DNA from: Candidatus Rokuibacteriota bacterium
Lineage (GTDB): Bacteria; JAUVQV01; DATDCY01
NCBI GenBank assembly: GCA_031406795.1
Contig: JANOHV010000224.1
Location: 1-51,564 of the forward strand
Direction: 5' to 3'
Length of the DNA: 51,564 nt
Shown: positions 1-8,798 of the stretch, in pieces
Layout of the letters: each line of letters opens with the position of its first letter
How positions within the stretch are numbered: position 1 is the first letter of the stretch
Made by a program: the position numbers and the translations under genes
The notes under the pieces: generated by a model
Database searches by the model: none
The model's input: only the letters and a program-made list of their open reading frames with translations
Told to the model about the DNA's origin: nothing

Positions 1-1119
1 GGCATCTACCGGATGCAGGCCGACGGCACGGGGCAGTCGCTGGTGATCGCCGGCCCCGCCCTCTCGCCCGCCGCGGCGCCCGGCGGACGCCTCGCCTTCG
101 CCGCCCTGCAGAACGGGGAGTGGCGGATCCACTCCGCGGCCTGGGATGGTTCGGACAGGCGCTATGAGAGCGACCGGCTGCACGACTACGGGGCGCCGGC
201 GTTCGATCCGGCATCCGGACGGATGGTCGCGCATGCCTTCGGCGGCTCGAGCGGGGACCCGCCGGTGCAGTCGCCGATCCCCGGTCCCTTCCTGGTCGAC
301 AACCAGGTTCGCGTGCCGCTGCCCGATCGCGCGCTCGAACTCTGGGCCGTGCGCGGCACGTTCCCGACGCCGGACCCCGCGGGCAAGCGCCTGGCGTTCG
401 CCGAGCATTTCGAGCGGGTGCTGACCGCCGATCCCGACGGCGGCCGTGCGCGGGTGATCTTCGAGCCGGAGCGCGAGTCCGTCTGGCGGCCGATCTGGTC
501 GCCGGATGGGCGGTGGATCGCCTGCGCCGTGGGGGCGACCTTCGGCAAGCCCGCGACCCGGGTGGACATCTGGAAGCTGCGTCCTGACGGCAGCGACGCC
601 GTGAACCTGACCGCCGGCTCGGGTGCGAACAACGGCTTCCCGTACTTTTCGCCGGACGGCAAGCGCCTGGTCTTCCGCAGCGGGCGCGACGGGAACCATG
701 AGATCTACCTGATGAATGCCGACGGGAGCGGCGCGCGGCGACTGACCGACAACCCCGCCACCGACACCATGCCCTCGTTCTCCCCCGACGGCACCCGGAT
801 CGCCTTCGTCTCAACCCGCGACGGGGACCACGAGATCTACCTGATGGAACTGGCCGGCGACGGGACACCGGGCGCGCTGCGGCGCATTACCACCAGCCCG
901 GGCTTCGACACGCATCCCGTCTTCTCGCCGGACGGCGCCTGGCTGACCTTCACCTCGCAGCGCGGCGGGCTCAACGACGAGGAGCCGCTGATCCCCGTTT
1001 TCAACCCGCAGCCCTACGGGGAGGTTTACGCCTTGCGGCTGGCGGACGGGCTGGTGTTGCGTCTGACCCACAACAAATGGGAAGATGGGACACCGGCCTG
1101 GGTGGAGCTGCCGCGCTAA
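1..1119 (+). CDS. TolB-like PD40/WD40 beta-propeller protein (5' partial)
   Basis: Frame is open from base 1 (GIYRMQADG...). Repeated PD40 motifs: PIWSPDGRWIA, PYFSPDGKRLVF, PSFSPDGTRIAF, PVFSPDGAWLTF, EIYLMNADGS. Confidence 0.8.
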   Translation, partial: GIYRMQADGTGQSLVIAGPALSPAAAPGGRLAFAALQNGEWRIHSAAWDGSDRRYESDRLHDYGAPAFDPASGRMVAHAFGGSSGDPPVQSPIPGPFLVDNQVRVPLPDRALELWAVRGTFPTPDPAGKRLAFAEHFERVLTADPDGGRARVIFEPERESVWRPIWSPDGRWIACAVGATFGKPATRVDIWKLRPDGSDAVNLTAGSGANNGFPYFSPDGKRLVFRSGRDGNHEIYLMNADGSGARRLTDNPATDTMPSFSPDGTRIAFVSTRDGDHEIYLMELAGDGTPGALRRITTSPGFDTHPVFSPDGAWLTFTSQRGGLNDEEPLIPVFNPQPYGEVYALRLADGLVLRLTHNKWEDGTPAWVELPR

Positions 1120-1285
1120 CGCGGCCGAAGCGTGGATGAGCTGTCACAAGGCTATCCGGGCCCCGGCCCTGATCGTCCTCCTCGCGACAGCGTCGGTCTG
1201 GCTTTCCCGCGCAGGCGCGCGGTTTCGTTTCGGGTTTCAATGCTGCAGTGACGGCGCAACGCACCACGGGAGAGGGAGAAGGCAG

Positions 1286-1948
1286 ATGAAAATGTCCGTA
1301 ACGATTTTCGCCCTGGCTGGAGCGCTCGCGGTGGCAGGACTTGCCGGGTGCAATGATGATGACGGCAAGCCCGTGGGTTTCTTCGTCACCAGCGATAGGA
1401 GCGCCACCGGCAACCTCGGCGGTTTGCGCGGCGCGGACGCCCGTTGCCAGCGGCTGGCGGCCGACGTCGGGCTCGGTGGGAGGACCTGGCGGGCCTATCT
1501 CAGCGTCGCGGCCGACCCGGACAACGGCAATCGGCCCACCGAAGCGCGTGACCGGATCGGGCAAGGCCCCTGGTACAACGCCCACGGCATGCTGGTGGCA
1601 AGCAACCGGGACGAGTTGCATCGGCTTGCCGGGGATGCCGATGTCTTCATCGACGAGTTCGGCAACAAGATCAACGGCCAGTGGCCGGGATCGCCGCTGC
1701 CCGTGGAGCACGACATCCTGACCGGCTCGACCGCCGACGGGAGGCTGGTGGCGGGGCTGACCTGCGATGATTGGACATCGTCCTCGCCCTCGAGGCAGGC
1801 GCAGGTGGGCCACTCGGATGGTCTGGGTGTCGGCGGCACTTCCGTGCCGCCGGCCAATTCGTGGAACTCGGTGCACGCGAGCGGCAGCTGCGCCAACACT
1901 TCGCTGCGCGGAGGCGCCGGCCGGATCTACTGTTTCGCCGCCGATTGA
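1286..1948 (+). CDS. Endostatin/C-type-lectin-like domain lipoprotein
   Basis: ATG at 1286 after purine-rich GGGAGAAGG; lipobox LAGC; motif FFVTS...GNLGGLRGADARCQRLA...WRAYLS; C-terminal IYCFA. Confidence 0.7.
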   Translation: MKMSVTIFALAGALAVAGLAGCNDDDGKPVGFFVTSDRSATGNLGGLRGADARCQRLAADVGLGGRTWRAYLSVAADPDNGNRPTEARDRIGQGPWYNAHGMLVASNRDELHRLAGDADVFIDEFGNKINGQWPGSPLPVEHDILTGSTADGRLVAGLTCDDWTSSSPSRQAQVGHSDGLGVGGTSVPPANSWNSVHASGSCANTSLRGGAGRIYCFAAD

Positions 1949-2033
1949 CGAGCACATTGTAGCGAACCTTGAACTGCAGCTCCGGCAGCAAGGTTTGCCG
2001 GGCGCAGCGTGAGGCGCGGCTGAGGAGGCGGGG

Positions 2034-3110
2034 ATGCGGCTGCTCGAGGCGCTGGGGTTGCCGAAGCCCCCGCGGCCGGTTTCCGGAGCGTGGCAGATCG
2101 ACATCACCACCCGCTGCGCGCTGGCCTGCCGGATGTGCATCCGCCAGGGGCTGCCCGGCTGGGAGTCCGCGGACATGTCGCGGGAGGCCTTTTCGCGACT
2201 GCTCCCGCTCTTCGAGGAGCGCGGCGTCGCGCAGGTTGTCCTGCAGGGCTGGGGGGAGCCGCTGCTGCACCCCGATCTCGTCTGGATGGTGGACGCGGTC
2301 AAGCAGCCTGCCGCAGTGGCGCGACGGAGCCGCAGCGCCCGGGCAGGGGCGCCGTCCGTCGGTTTCGTGACCGGAGCAACCGGACTGGATCCACAGCTCG
2401 CCAACGCGCTCGCGGACGCGGGCCTCGACTTCGCCGGAGTGTCGCTCGCCGGCGCCCGGGCCCAAACGCACGAGGCGATCCGCCGCGGCTCGAGCTTCGA
2501 CGCCGCGGTTGCGGGCGCCGCTCACCTCGCGGCGGCGCGGCGGCGCGACGGAGGCAGCCCCCGCGTGCACCTCGTCTACCTGCTGCTGCGGGACAACCTC
2601 GAGGAGGTCGTCGAGTTGCCGCGGCTGGCCCGGTCGATCGGCGCGGGAGCCGTCGTGCTGACCAACCTCGTCCACGTGTCGGATGCCTGGCAGGAGGCTC
2701 AGCGGGTCTTCGACGTGGCAGAGAGCCCGGCGTACGAGCGCCTGCTTGAGGCCGCCGAGCGCGAGGCCGCCGCCTGCGGCATCCCGCTGCTGCGGCCGCG
2801 GCTCGTCGCCGGGACGGTGCCCGTGTGCGCGGAGAACCCCCTCGCAAACCTCTACGTGACGCCGCGCGGCGAGGTGGCGCCGTGCGTCTATCTGAGCCCG
2901 CCGGTTCCTTCGCCGTTCCGGAGGGTCTTCCGCGGGACCCCTGCGTTCCAGAATGCCGTGCAGTTCGGCAATCTCTTCGATCGGCCGTTCGCCGGGATCT
3001 GGGAGGATCCGGAGTATGGGGCCTTCCGCGCGGCTTTCCGGCGACGCCGGGATAGCGGCACCGCGCCCCCCGCCCCCTGCCGAACCTGTCACAAGATCCT
3101 CGGCGTGTGA
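2034..3110 (+). CDS. Radical SAM/SPASM domain protein
   Basis: RBS GAGGAGG; CX3CX2C (CALACRMC); GWGEPLLHP; C-terminal cysteines CAENP, G.VAPCVY..FGNL, CRTCHK. Confidence 0.85.
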   Translation: MRLLEALGLPKPPRPVSGAWQIDITTRCALACRMCIRQGLPGWESADMSREAFSRLLPLFEERGVAQVVLQGWGEPLLHPDLVWMVDAVKQPAAVARRSRSARAGAPSVGFVTGATGLDPQLANALADAGLDFAGVSLAGARAQTHEAIRRGSSFDAAVAGAAHLAAARRRDGGSPRVHLVYLLLRDNLEEVVELPRLARSIGAGAVVLTNLVHVSDAWQEAQRVFDVAESPAYERLLEAAEREAAACGIPLLRPRLVAGTVPVCAENPLANLYVTPRGEVAPCVYLSPPVPSPFRRVFRGTPAFQNAVQFGNLFDRPFAGIWEDPEYGAFRAAFRRRRDSGTAPPAPCRTCHKILGV

Positions 3111-3120
3111 AATATGTCAC
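3107..3120. promoter_or_regulatory. GTGA-N6-TCAC palindromic operator (CRP/FNR- or Rex-like), copy 1
   Basis: GTGAAATATGTCAC, overlapping the radical SAM stop and upstream of the yeiH operon; reverse complement GTGACATATTTCAC matches the copies at 27325 and 38971. Confidence 0.5.
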
Positions 3121-3226
3121 CACCTTGAGGCCAGCATGATATATAGAGGGGGAAGGAACCATCGCCGCTCCGTGCCGTTTGCGGGTCGATGAGGGGGCAA
3201 CGTCCGCACAAGAAGAAGGAGGGGGC

Positions 3227-4762
3227 ATGGGAAAAGACAGCAAGCAAAGCTTCGGCTCGTCGCTCGTGAAGACCGAGGACTGGATGGCCGTCTGGCTCGG
3301 CTTCGTCGTCATCATCGCGATCCTCGTCGCCTACCAGTTCAAGCTCTTCGATCTGAACCAGCTCAACTCCAATTTCAAATGGACGACCGACAGCCAGGTC
3401 TCCTCGCGGGCGGCCAAGTGGAAAGCCTCGATCGAGCCGTTGGCGAAGGAGGCCGAAGCCAAGGGCGAGCAGGGCGCGGTGGTGCGGCTCACCGCACTGC
3501 GCGAGGCCCTGGACAAGGGCGACCGGGAACAGATCCGGAAGGCCGCGGGCAAGGTCACGAACCTCGGCGGCATCCCCGCGGAGATCGGCAAGGAGGTCGA
3601 GGACCGCTCCAAGGCCAGCCTCGACAAGGTCTTCACCGTGAAGAACATCTCCGCCGCCGTGAAGATCGGCGTCGCCTTCCTGCTGCTCTCGGCCGCGGGG
3701 ATGGCGGTGCTCGGGCGGCCGGTCGTCCCCTACGTCATCGGGTTTCCCTTCGTGTTCGCGCTGGCCTGGCTCGCGCGCTTCCTCGCCGGTAACGCGTTCC
3801 CGACCGACTACGGCATCGAGTACGTGATCTTCGCCCTCTTCGTCGGCCTGGCGATCAGCAACACCGTCGGCACCCCGAGGTTCATCAAGAACGCCGTCCA
3901 GACCGAGTACTACATCAAGACCGGGCTCGTGATCCTCGGCGCCGGGCTGCTCTTCTTCGAGATCGTCCAGGCCGGGGCGCTCGGCATCATCCAAGCGCTC
4001 CTCGTGATCTCCGTGATCTGGTACGCCTGCTTCTGGATCTGCCGCAAGCTCAAGGTCGACGACGAGTTCGCGGTCATGCTCTCCAGCGCCGTCTCGATCT
4101 GCGGGGTCTCGGCCGCGATCGCGACCTGCGGCGCCATCGACGGGGACAAGAAGAAGCTCTCCTACACGACCTCTCTGGTGCTGCTCTGCGCCGTCCCGAT
4201 GATGATCCTCATGCCCTGGGCGGTGAAAGCCTTCGGGGTCCCCGACCTCGTCGGCGGCGCCTGGCTCGGCGGCACGCTCGACACGAGCGGCTCCGTCGTG
4301 GCCGCCGGGGCGCTGATCAGCGAGGCGGCGATGAAGACCGGCGTCATCGTGAAGTTCTCGCAGAACGCCCTGATCGGCGTTGCCGCCTTCGTCCTTTCCA
4401 TCTGGTGGACCTTCCGGGCCGGGGCGGCCGCCGGTGAGCGGCCCACGGCGCGGGTGATCTGGGATCGCTTCCCGAAGTTCGTGATCGGGTTCATCGTCGC
4501 CTCGGTCCTTTTCTCCTTCGTCCTGAACCTCGACATGGTGAGCGACACCAAGGCCCGGCTCGCGGAGCTGCGGACCTGGTGGTTCGCGCTGGCCTTCGTG
4601 TCGATCGGCCTCGAGACCCGCTTCATGGACATGATCGAGATGGAGGGCGGGCGGCCGGCCGCGGCGTTCATCCTCGCCCAGGGTCTCAACGTGGTGTGGA
4701 CGCTGATCCTGGCCTACTGCCTCTTCGGCGGGATCTTCTTCGCGGCGCCCAACATCCAGTAG
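3227..4762 (+). CDS. YeiH/UPF0324 putative sulfate (sulfur-compound) exporter
   Basis: RBS AAGGAGGGGG; KTEDWMAVWLG; EYYIKTGLVILGA; SICGVSAAIA; GGTLDTSGSVVAAG; WDRFPKFVIGF; FVSIGLETRF; many transmembrane segments. Confidence 0.85.
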   Translation: MGKDSKQSFGSSLVKTEDWMAVWLGFVVIIAILVAYQFKLFDLNQLNSNFKWTTDSQVSSRAAKWKASIEPLAKEAEAKGEQGAVVRLTALREALDKGDREQIRKAAGKVTNLGGIPAEIGKEVEDRSKASLDKVFTVKNISAAVKIGVAFLLLSAAGMAVLGRPVVPYVIGFPFVFALAWLARFLAGNAFPTDYGIEYVIFALFVGLAISNTVGTPRFIKNAVQTEYYIKTGLVILGAGLLFFEIVQAGALGIIQALLVISVIWYACFWICRKLKVDDEFAVMLSSAVSICGVSAAIATCGAIDGDKKKLSYTTSLVLLCAVPMMILMPWAVKAFGVPDLVGGAWLGGTLDTSGSVVAAGALISEAAMKTGVIVKFSQNALIGVAAFVLSIWWTFRAGAAAGERPTARVIWDRFPKFVIGFIVASVLFSFVLNLDMVSDTKARLAELRTWWFALAFVSIGLETRFMDMIEMEGGRPAAAFILAQGLNVVWTLILAYCLFGGIFFAAPNIQ

Positions 4763-4816
4763 GAGCTGTTCTTGCAAGTCAACGACACAACGGCAGAGGA
4801 AAGGAGAACAACCACC

Positions 4817-5329
4817 ATGAAATTCAGCCTCTCGACGATTCTGGCCGCCGCGGCAGCGGCGACGATGTTCCTCGCGAGCGCGGCGAGCGCCGCCGACCCC
4901 AAGTATACGCCCGAGACGATGAAGGCGGTCGACGAGTGCAAGCTCCTCAAGCGCGACAAGAAGGAGATGCCCGCCGCCATCGAGGGGGTGAAGAACGTGA
5001 CCCCCGAGGACGTGAAGAAGATGCTCGACGCGAAGCAGAAGCTCGTTCTCCTGGACAACCGCCCGGTGGAGGAGTACGAGAAGGAGCACCTCCCCGGCGC
5101 GATCCGGCTTAACTCGGACGACCTGCTCGAGAACTCGAAGCTCGCCGCCGACGCCGGCCTCAAGGTCGATGACGTCATCGTCGTGTACTGCAACGGCGAG
5201 CTGTGCTGGCGCTCCCCCGCCGTGGCCTCGATGCTCAAGTGCCTCGGCTACAAAAACATCAACTGGTTCCGCAGCGGTCTCCCCGGCTGGATCAAGAAGG
5301 GGTACGAGACCGCCGAGGGCAAGAAGTAG
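4817..5329 (+). CDS. Secreted rhodanese-like protein
   Basis: RBS AAGGAG; signal peptide ending ASA-A; LLDNRP..EY...HLPGA; active-site loop YCNGELCWRS; GLPGW. Confidence 0.85.
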   Translation: MKFSLSTILAAAAAATMFLASAASAADPKYTPETMKAVDECKLLKRDKKEMPAAIEGVKNVTPEDVKKMLDAKQKLVLLDNRPVEEYEKEHLPGAIRLNSDDLLENSKLAADAGLKVDDVIVVYCNGELCWRSPAVASMLKCLGYKNINWFRSGLPGWIKKGYETAEGKK

Positions 5330-5416
5330 GCAGGCGCGTTTCCCAGAGAGGAGGGAGCTTTCGAACCAAACGATCCCGATGGCACTGGCTGTCCAACCAT
5401 CAAGGAGGCTGGGCTC

Positions 5417-6355
5417 ATGAGAAGAACCGTCCGCATGACATCCTGGTTGATTGCCGTCTTCCTCGCGACCGGCCTGGCGCCGCTCCCGGGGAGCGCGGCG
5501 CCCGCGGAGAAAGAGGCCGAATTCATCGGCAGCAAAGCTTGCCTCGAGTGCCACGACGAGATGGGTGAGACGTTCTCCGGCTCCCGGCATGCCAAGGCCT
5601 GGGCAGCCGACGCGAGATTCGGCGCCGCCGGCTGCGAGTCCTGTCATGGAGCAGGGGGCGAGCACCAGAAGGATCAGACGCGCGCCAGCATCCTGTCGTT
5701 CACGAGCGGAGCCAAGCGGGACGCGGAGCAGTTGAGCGGCAAGTGTCTGGCCTGTCACGCCGCCAGCACGGCAGTCGCCCTCTGGGACTCCGGACAACAC
5801 CGCAAGAACGGCATCGCCTGCTCGCAGTGCCACGCCATCCACCGCGGCGCCAGCCCGCTGGCCCGCCAGCCGGGCGTCTGCTACGGCTGCCATCGCGACG
5901 TGAAGTCCCAGGCGAACAAGCTCTCGCACCATCCCATCGGCGAAGGTAAACTCCCGTGCAGCAGTTGCCACAACGCCCACGGCTCGCTCACGGCGAAGAT
6001 GCTCAACGCCGAGACCGTCAACGAGCTCTGCTACAGCTGCCACGCCGACAAGCGCGGACCCTTCGTCTGGGAGCACTCCCCGGTCGAAGAAAACTGCCTG
6101 ACCTGCCACGCCGCGCACGGCAGCCGCCAGAGCAAACTGCTCGTGCAGAAACTCCCCAATCTCTGCCAGGAGTGTCACGACTGGTCGCGGCACCCGGGAA
6201 CCGCCTACGATGCCCGGACCGGCTTCGGCGGCCGCTCGCCGTCCAACCGCTTCTTCGCGCGATCCTGCCTGAATTGCCATGGGCAGATCCACGGCAGCTG
6301 GTCGCCGGTCAATCCCAACAACGGCGAAAACGCCGGCAATGTGCGGTTGCGATAG
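5417..6355 (+). CDS. DmsE/MtrA/PioA-family decaheme c-type cytochrome
   Basis: Signal peptide; ten CXXCH (CLECH, CESCH, CLACH, CSQCH, CYGCH, CSSCH, CYSCH, CLTCH, CQECH, CLNCH); KRGPFVWEHSPV; IHGS near the C-terminus. Confidence 0.92.
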   Translation: MRRTVRMTSWLIAVFLATGLAPLPGSAAPAEKEAEFIGSKACLECHDEMGETFSGSRHAKAWAADARFGAAGCESCHGAGGEHQKDQTRASILSFTSGAKRDAEQLSGKCLACHAASTAVALWDSGQHRKNGIACSQCHAIHRGASPLARQPGVCYGCHRDVKSQANKLSHHPIGEGKLPCSSCHNAHGSLTAKMLNAETVNELCYSCHADKRGPFVWEHSPVEENCLTCHAAHGSRQSKLLVQKLPNLCQECHDWSRHPGTAYDARTGFGGRSPSNRFFARSCLNCHGQIHGSWSPVNPNNGENAGNVRLR

Positions 6356-6364
6356 GAGGCCATC

Positions 6365-8548
6365 ATGAAGACACGGATCGCATCTGCATCTCTGGCAGTG
6401 CTGCTGCTTATCGGCCCCGGCGCGGCCCGCGCAGCCGGTGAACAGGAGTTCGGCGGGACGGTCACGCTGGTGCTGCGCGGCGTCAGCGGCGAGAACGAGA
6501 GCGCCAAGTCGCAGGAGTACGGGGATCTGCAGGACGGCGTCACGGCCTCGGCGGGGCTGCGCTACGGCAAAGGCGCCTACTACCTCGAGATCGACGGCCG
6601 GAACTTCGGGCTGGACGACCAGTCCCTGCGCCTGCGCGGCGGCAGGTACGGCTCCTTCACCTACACCGCCTTCTACGACGAAACGCCCCACAACTATTCC
6701 TTCGGGGCCAGGACATTCTTCACGGGCATCGGCACCGCCGAACTGGACTATTTCGCGATCTCCCGGCCAAAGGACCAGGATGCGAGGCTGACTCCGACGG
6801 TCAGCAGGGACAAGGATCTCTGGCACCGTTTCGACTACGCCATTCAGCGCCAGGAGCACGGTTCGGCGCTCGAAGTGGCGCTGAAGAGCCCCTTCTACTT
6901 CAAACTCGGCGCGAAGCAGGAGAATCGTACGGGCATCAAGCCGCTGGGCGCCGACAGCGGGGTCTTCGCGGACATCATCGGGTCGCAGACCTCCTCCTTC
7001 GGGAACGTGGTGGAGATACCCGAGCCGGTCGACTACCAGACCAATACGGCGACGTTCGAAACCGGGTACCGCACGCGCCCGGTCGTCCTGACGCTGACGG
7101 GGCTGTGGAGTTCCTTCGACAACGACAACCGCACCCTGGACTGGCGCAACCCCTTCGTGACCACGGAACGGGTGATCGAGACCAACTACCTGCCCCCTGA
7201 GAACGACTACTGGAAGGTCGGCGCGCAGGGCGTCTTCAGGATGCCGTCGCGCTCGACGCTGGCGCTGCGCGCGAGCTACGCCCACCTGACGAACGATCTC
7301 GTTCTCGGCACGACGGTGACGGACTCCGTAGCCCCCGACCCCACCAACGGGATCTCCACCGGGACCTCGCCGAGATATTTCAACAGGACGCTCGGAGTCA
7401 ATCGCAGCCGTTTCAAGGGCGACGTCGGCACCACCACCGTCAAGGTCGCCTACGACACCAGCGCGCTGAAGCTGGTCACGCTCGAGATCCTCTACGACTA
7501 CACCGGGAGGAACAACGAATCGAGCACTGTCGAATACACCAACCTCGCCACGGGCCAGACCGCCGAGAACGAGCTGTTCGAATACCGCAGGCACCACGGG
7601 GGCCTCAGCCTCGGGATGAAGCTTCCCGGGAAGACCGCGTTGAACCTCGGCTACGACTACGTCAATGTCGACCGGACGGGGCGCGAGGACGTGGAGAACA
7701 CCGCGGATCACGAGGTCTCCCTGCGGCTGAGCAACTCGGCCACCGATCTGCTGACCACCCGGGTCAAGTATCAGCACGTCTTTCGCAGTTCGGAATTCGG
7801 CCACGAGGCGGCGCAGTTCGCGCCGACCGCCCCCGAATCGATCGAACTCTACGTGCGGCGGTTCGACGTCGCCGACAAGTACCGCGACGTGGCCGGGATC
7901 GGCTTCGAGCTGGCCCCGACGGAGAGCCTGGACCTGGGCCTGGAGTACACCTTCACGCGGGACGACTTCGACTCGACCCTGCTCGGGCTGCAGCAGGAAG
8001 ACCGCCATCAGGTCTACCTCGAGCTGTCCTACAAGCTGCCGCGCGATGTCGCCTTCGGGGTCGGTGCGGGATATGAGCGCGTCGTCTCCGATCAGCAGCA
8101 GCGGCAGTTCAACCCGGGCGGCAGCACGAATCCGGCCGCCCCCGTCACGGCGACGGCCTTCAACTGGTCGGAGAGCGTGAGGAGCAACAACTGGTCCTGC
8201 GGGCTTTCGGCGAAATTCCCGATCGTGAAGGACCGCTGGGACCTGGCCGCGGCCTGGAATTACCAGCAGTCGGACGGGGAGGGGCTCTTCTCCGCGACGG
8301 GGAGAACATTCGAGAACATCGCCGAATCCGACGACTACACCAAGAACACGGTGGAGATCAAGGCGATCTTCCACGTGGCCAAGCAGCTCGAGTTGATCCT
8401 CGGCTATGTGTTCGAGAAGCTCGATTACAGCGACGACCGGTGGAAGCAGTACGCGTACGCGACCAACAACAGCTTCCTGAGCGGCGCGTACGCGGACGAG
8501 GACTACGACATCAACGTCGGCTACGCCAAGATGAAGTACAGCTTCTAA
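6365..8548 (+). CDS. MtrB/PioB-family outer-membrane beta-barrel (decaheme-associated porin)
   Basis: 9 bp after the decaheme gene with RBS AGGAGG; 727 aa; SAKSQEYGDL, PEPVDYQT, LPPENDY, RRFDVADKYRD; terminal YSF. Confidence 0.88.
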   Translation: MKTRIASASLAVLLLIGPGAARAAGEQEFGGTVTLVLRGVSGENESAKSQEYGDLQDGVTASAGLRYGKGAYYLEIDGRNFGLDDQSLRLRGGRYGSFTYTAFYDETPHNYSFGARTFFTGIGTAELDYFAISRPKDQDARLTPTVSRDKDLWHRFDYAIQRQEHGSALEVALKSPFYFKLGAKQENRTGIKPLGADSGVFADIIGSQTSSFGNVVEIPEPVDYQTNTATFETGYRTRPVVLTLTGLWSSFDNDNRTLDWRNPFVTTERVIETNYLPPENDYWKVGAQGVFRMPSRSTLALRASYAHLTNDLVLGTTVTDSVAPDPTNGISTGTSPRYFNRTLGVNRSRFKGDVGTTTVKVAYDTSALKLVTLEILYDYTGRNNESSTVEYTNLATGQTAENELFEYRRHHGGLSLGMKLPGKTALNLGYDYVNVDRTGREDVENTADHEVSLRLSNSATDLLTTRVKYQHVFRSSEFGHEAAQFAPTAPESIELYVRRFDVADKYRDVAGIGFELAPTESLDLGLEYTFTRDDFDSTLLGLQQEDRHQVYLELSYKLPRDVAFGVGAGYERVVSDQQQRQFNPGGSTNPAAPVTATAFNWSESVRSNNWSCGLSAKFPIVKDRWDLAAAWNYQQSDGEGLFSATGRTFENIAESDDYTKNTVEIKAIFHVAKQLELILGYVFEKLDYSDDRWKQYAYATNNSFLSGAYADEDYDINVGYAKMKYSF

Positions 8549-8798
8549 CCACGAAGTGTGCAGGACCCCGCCCGGGCAGCGCGGGCGATCGGGGATGCCG
8601 CGAGGCAAACCCGGGCGCTCCCGCTGCCCGGCGTGTTCTCCCGCACGGTCAGCTGCGGGACGGTCCGCAAGGTCCGCGGCCGCGGCCGCGACGCTTCCTC
8701 CCGGGTTATGCTACAGTTCCCACGCCATGCGACGAGTTCGATCGAACACGAGAGCCTGCGCTGCGGCGATCTGCCGGCGGGCCACGGGGACCTGAGCT

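Noticed and set aside
3089-8608. 1839-aa minus-strand ORF
   Set aside because: Antisense shadow of four well-supported + strand genes; typical of high-GC codon bias; no recognisable motifs.
8600-8690. c-di-GMP-I (GEMM) riboswitch suggested by GGCAAACCC...GGGACG...GCAA
   Set aside because: Spacing and the GACGCAAAGC core do not fit; kept only as a generic structured region.
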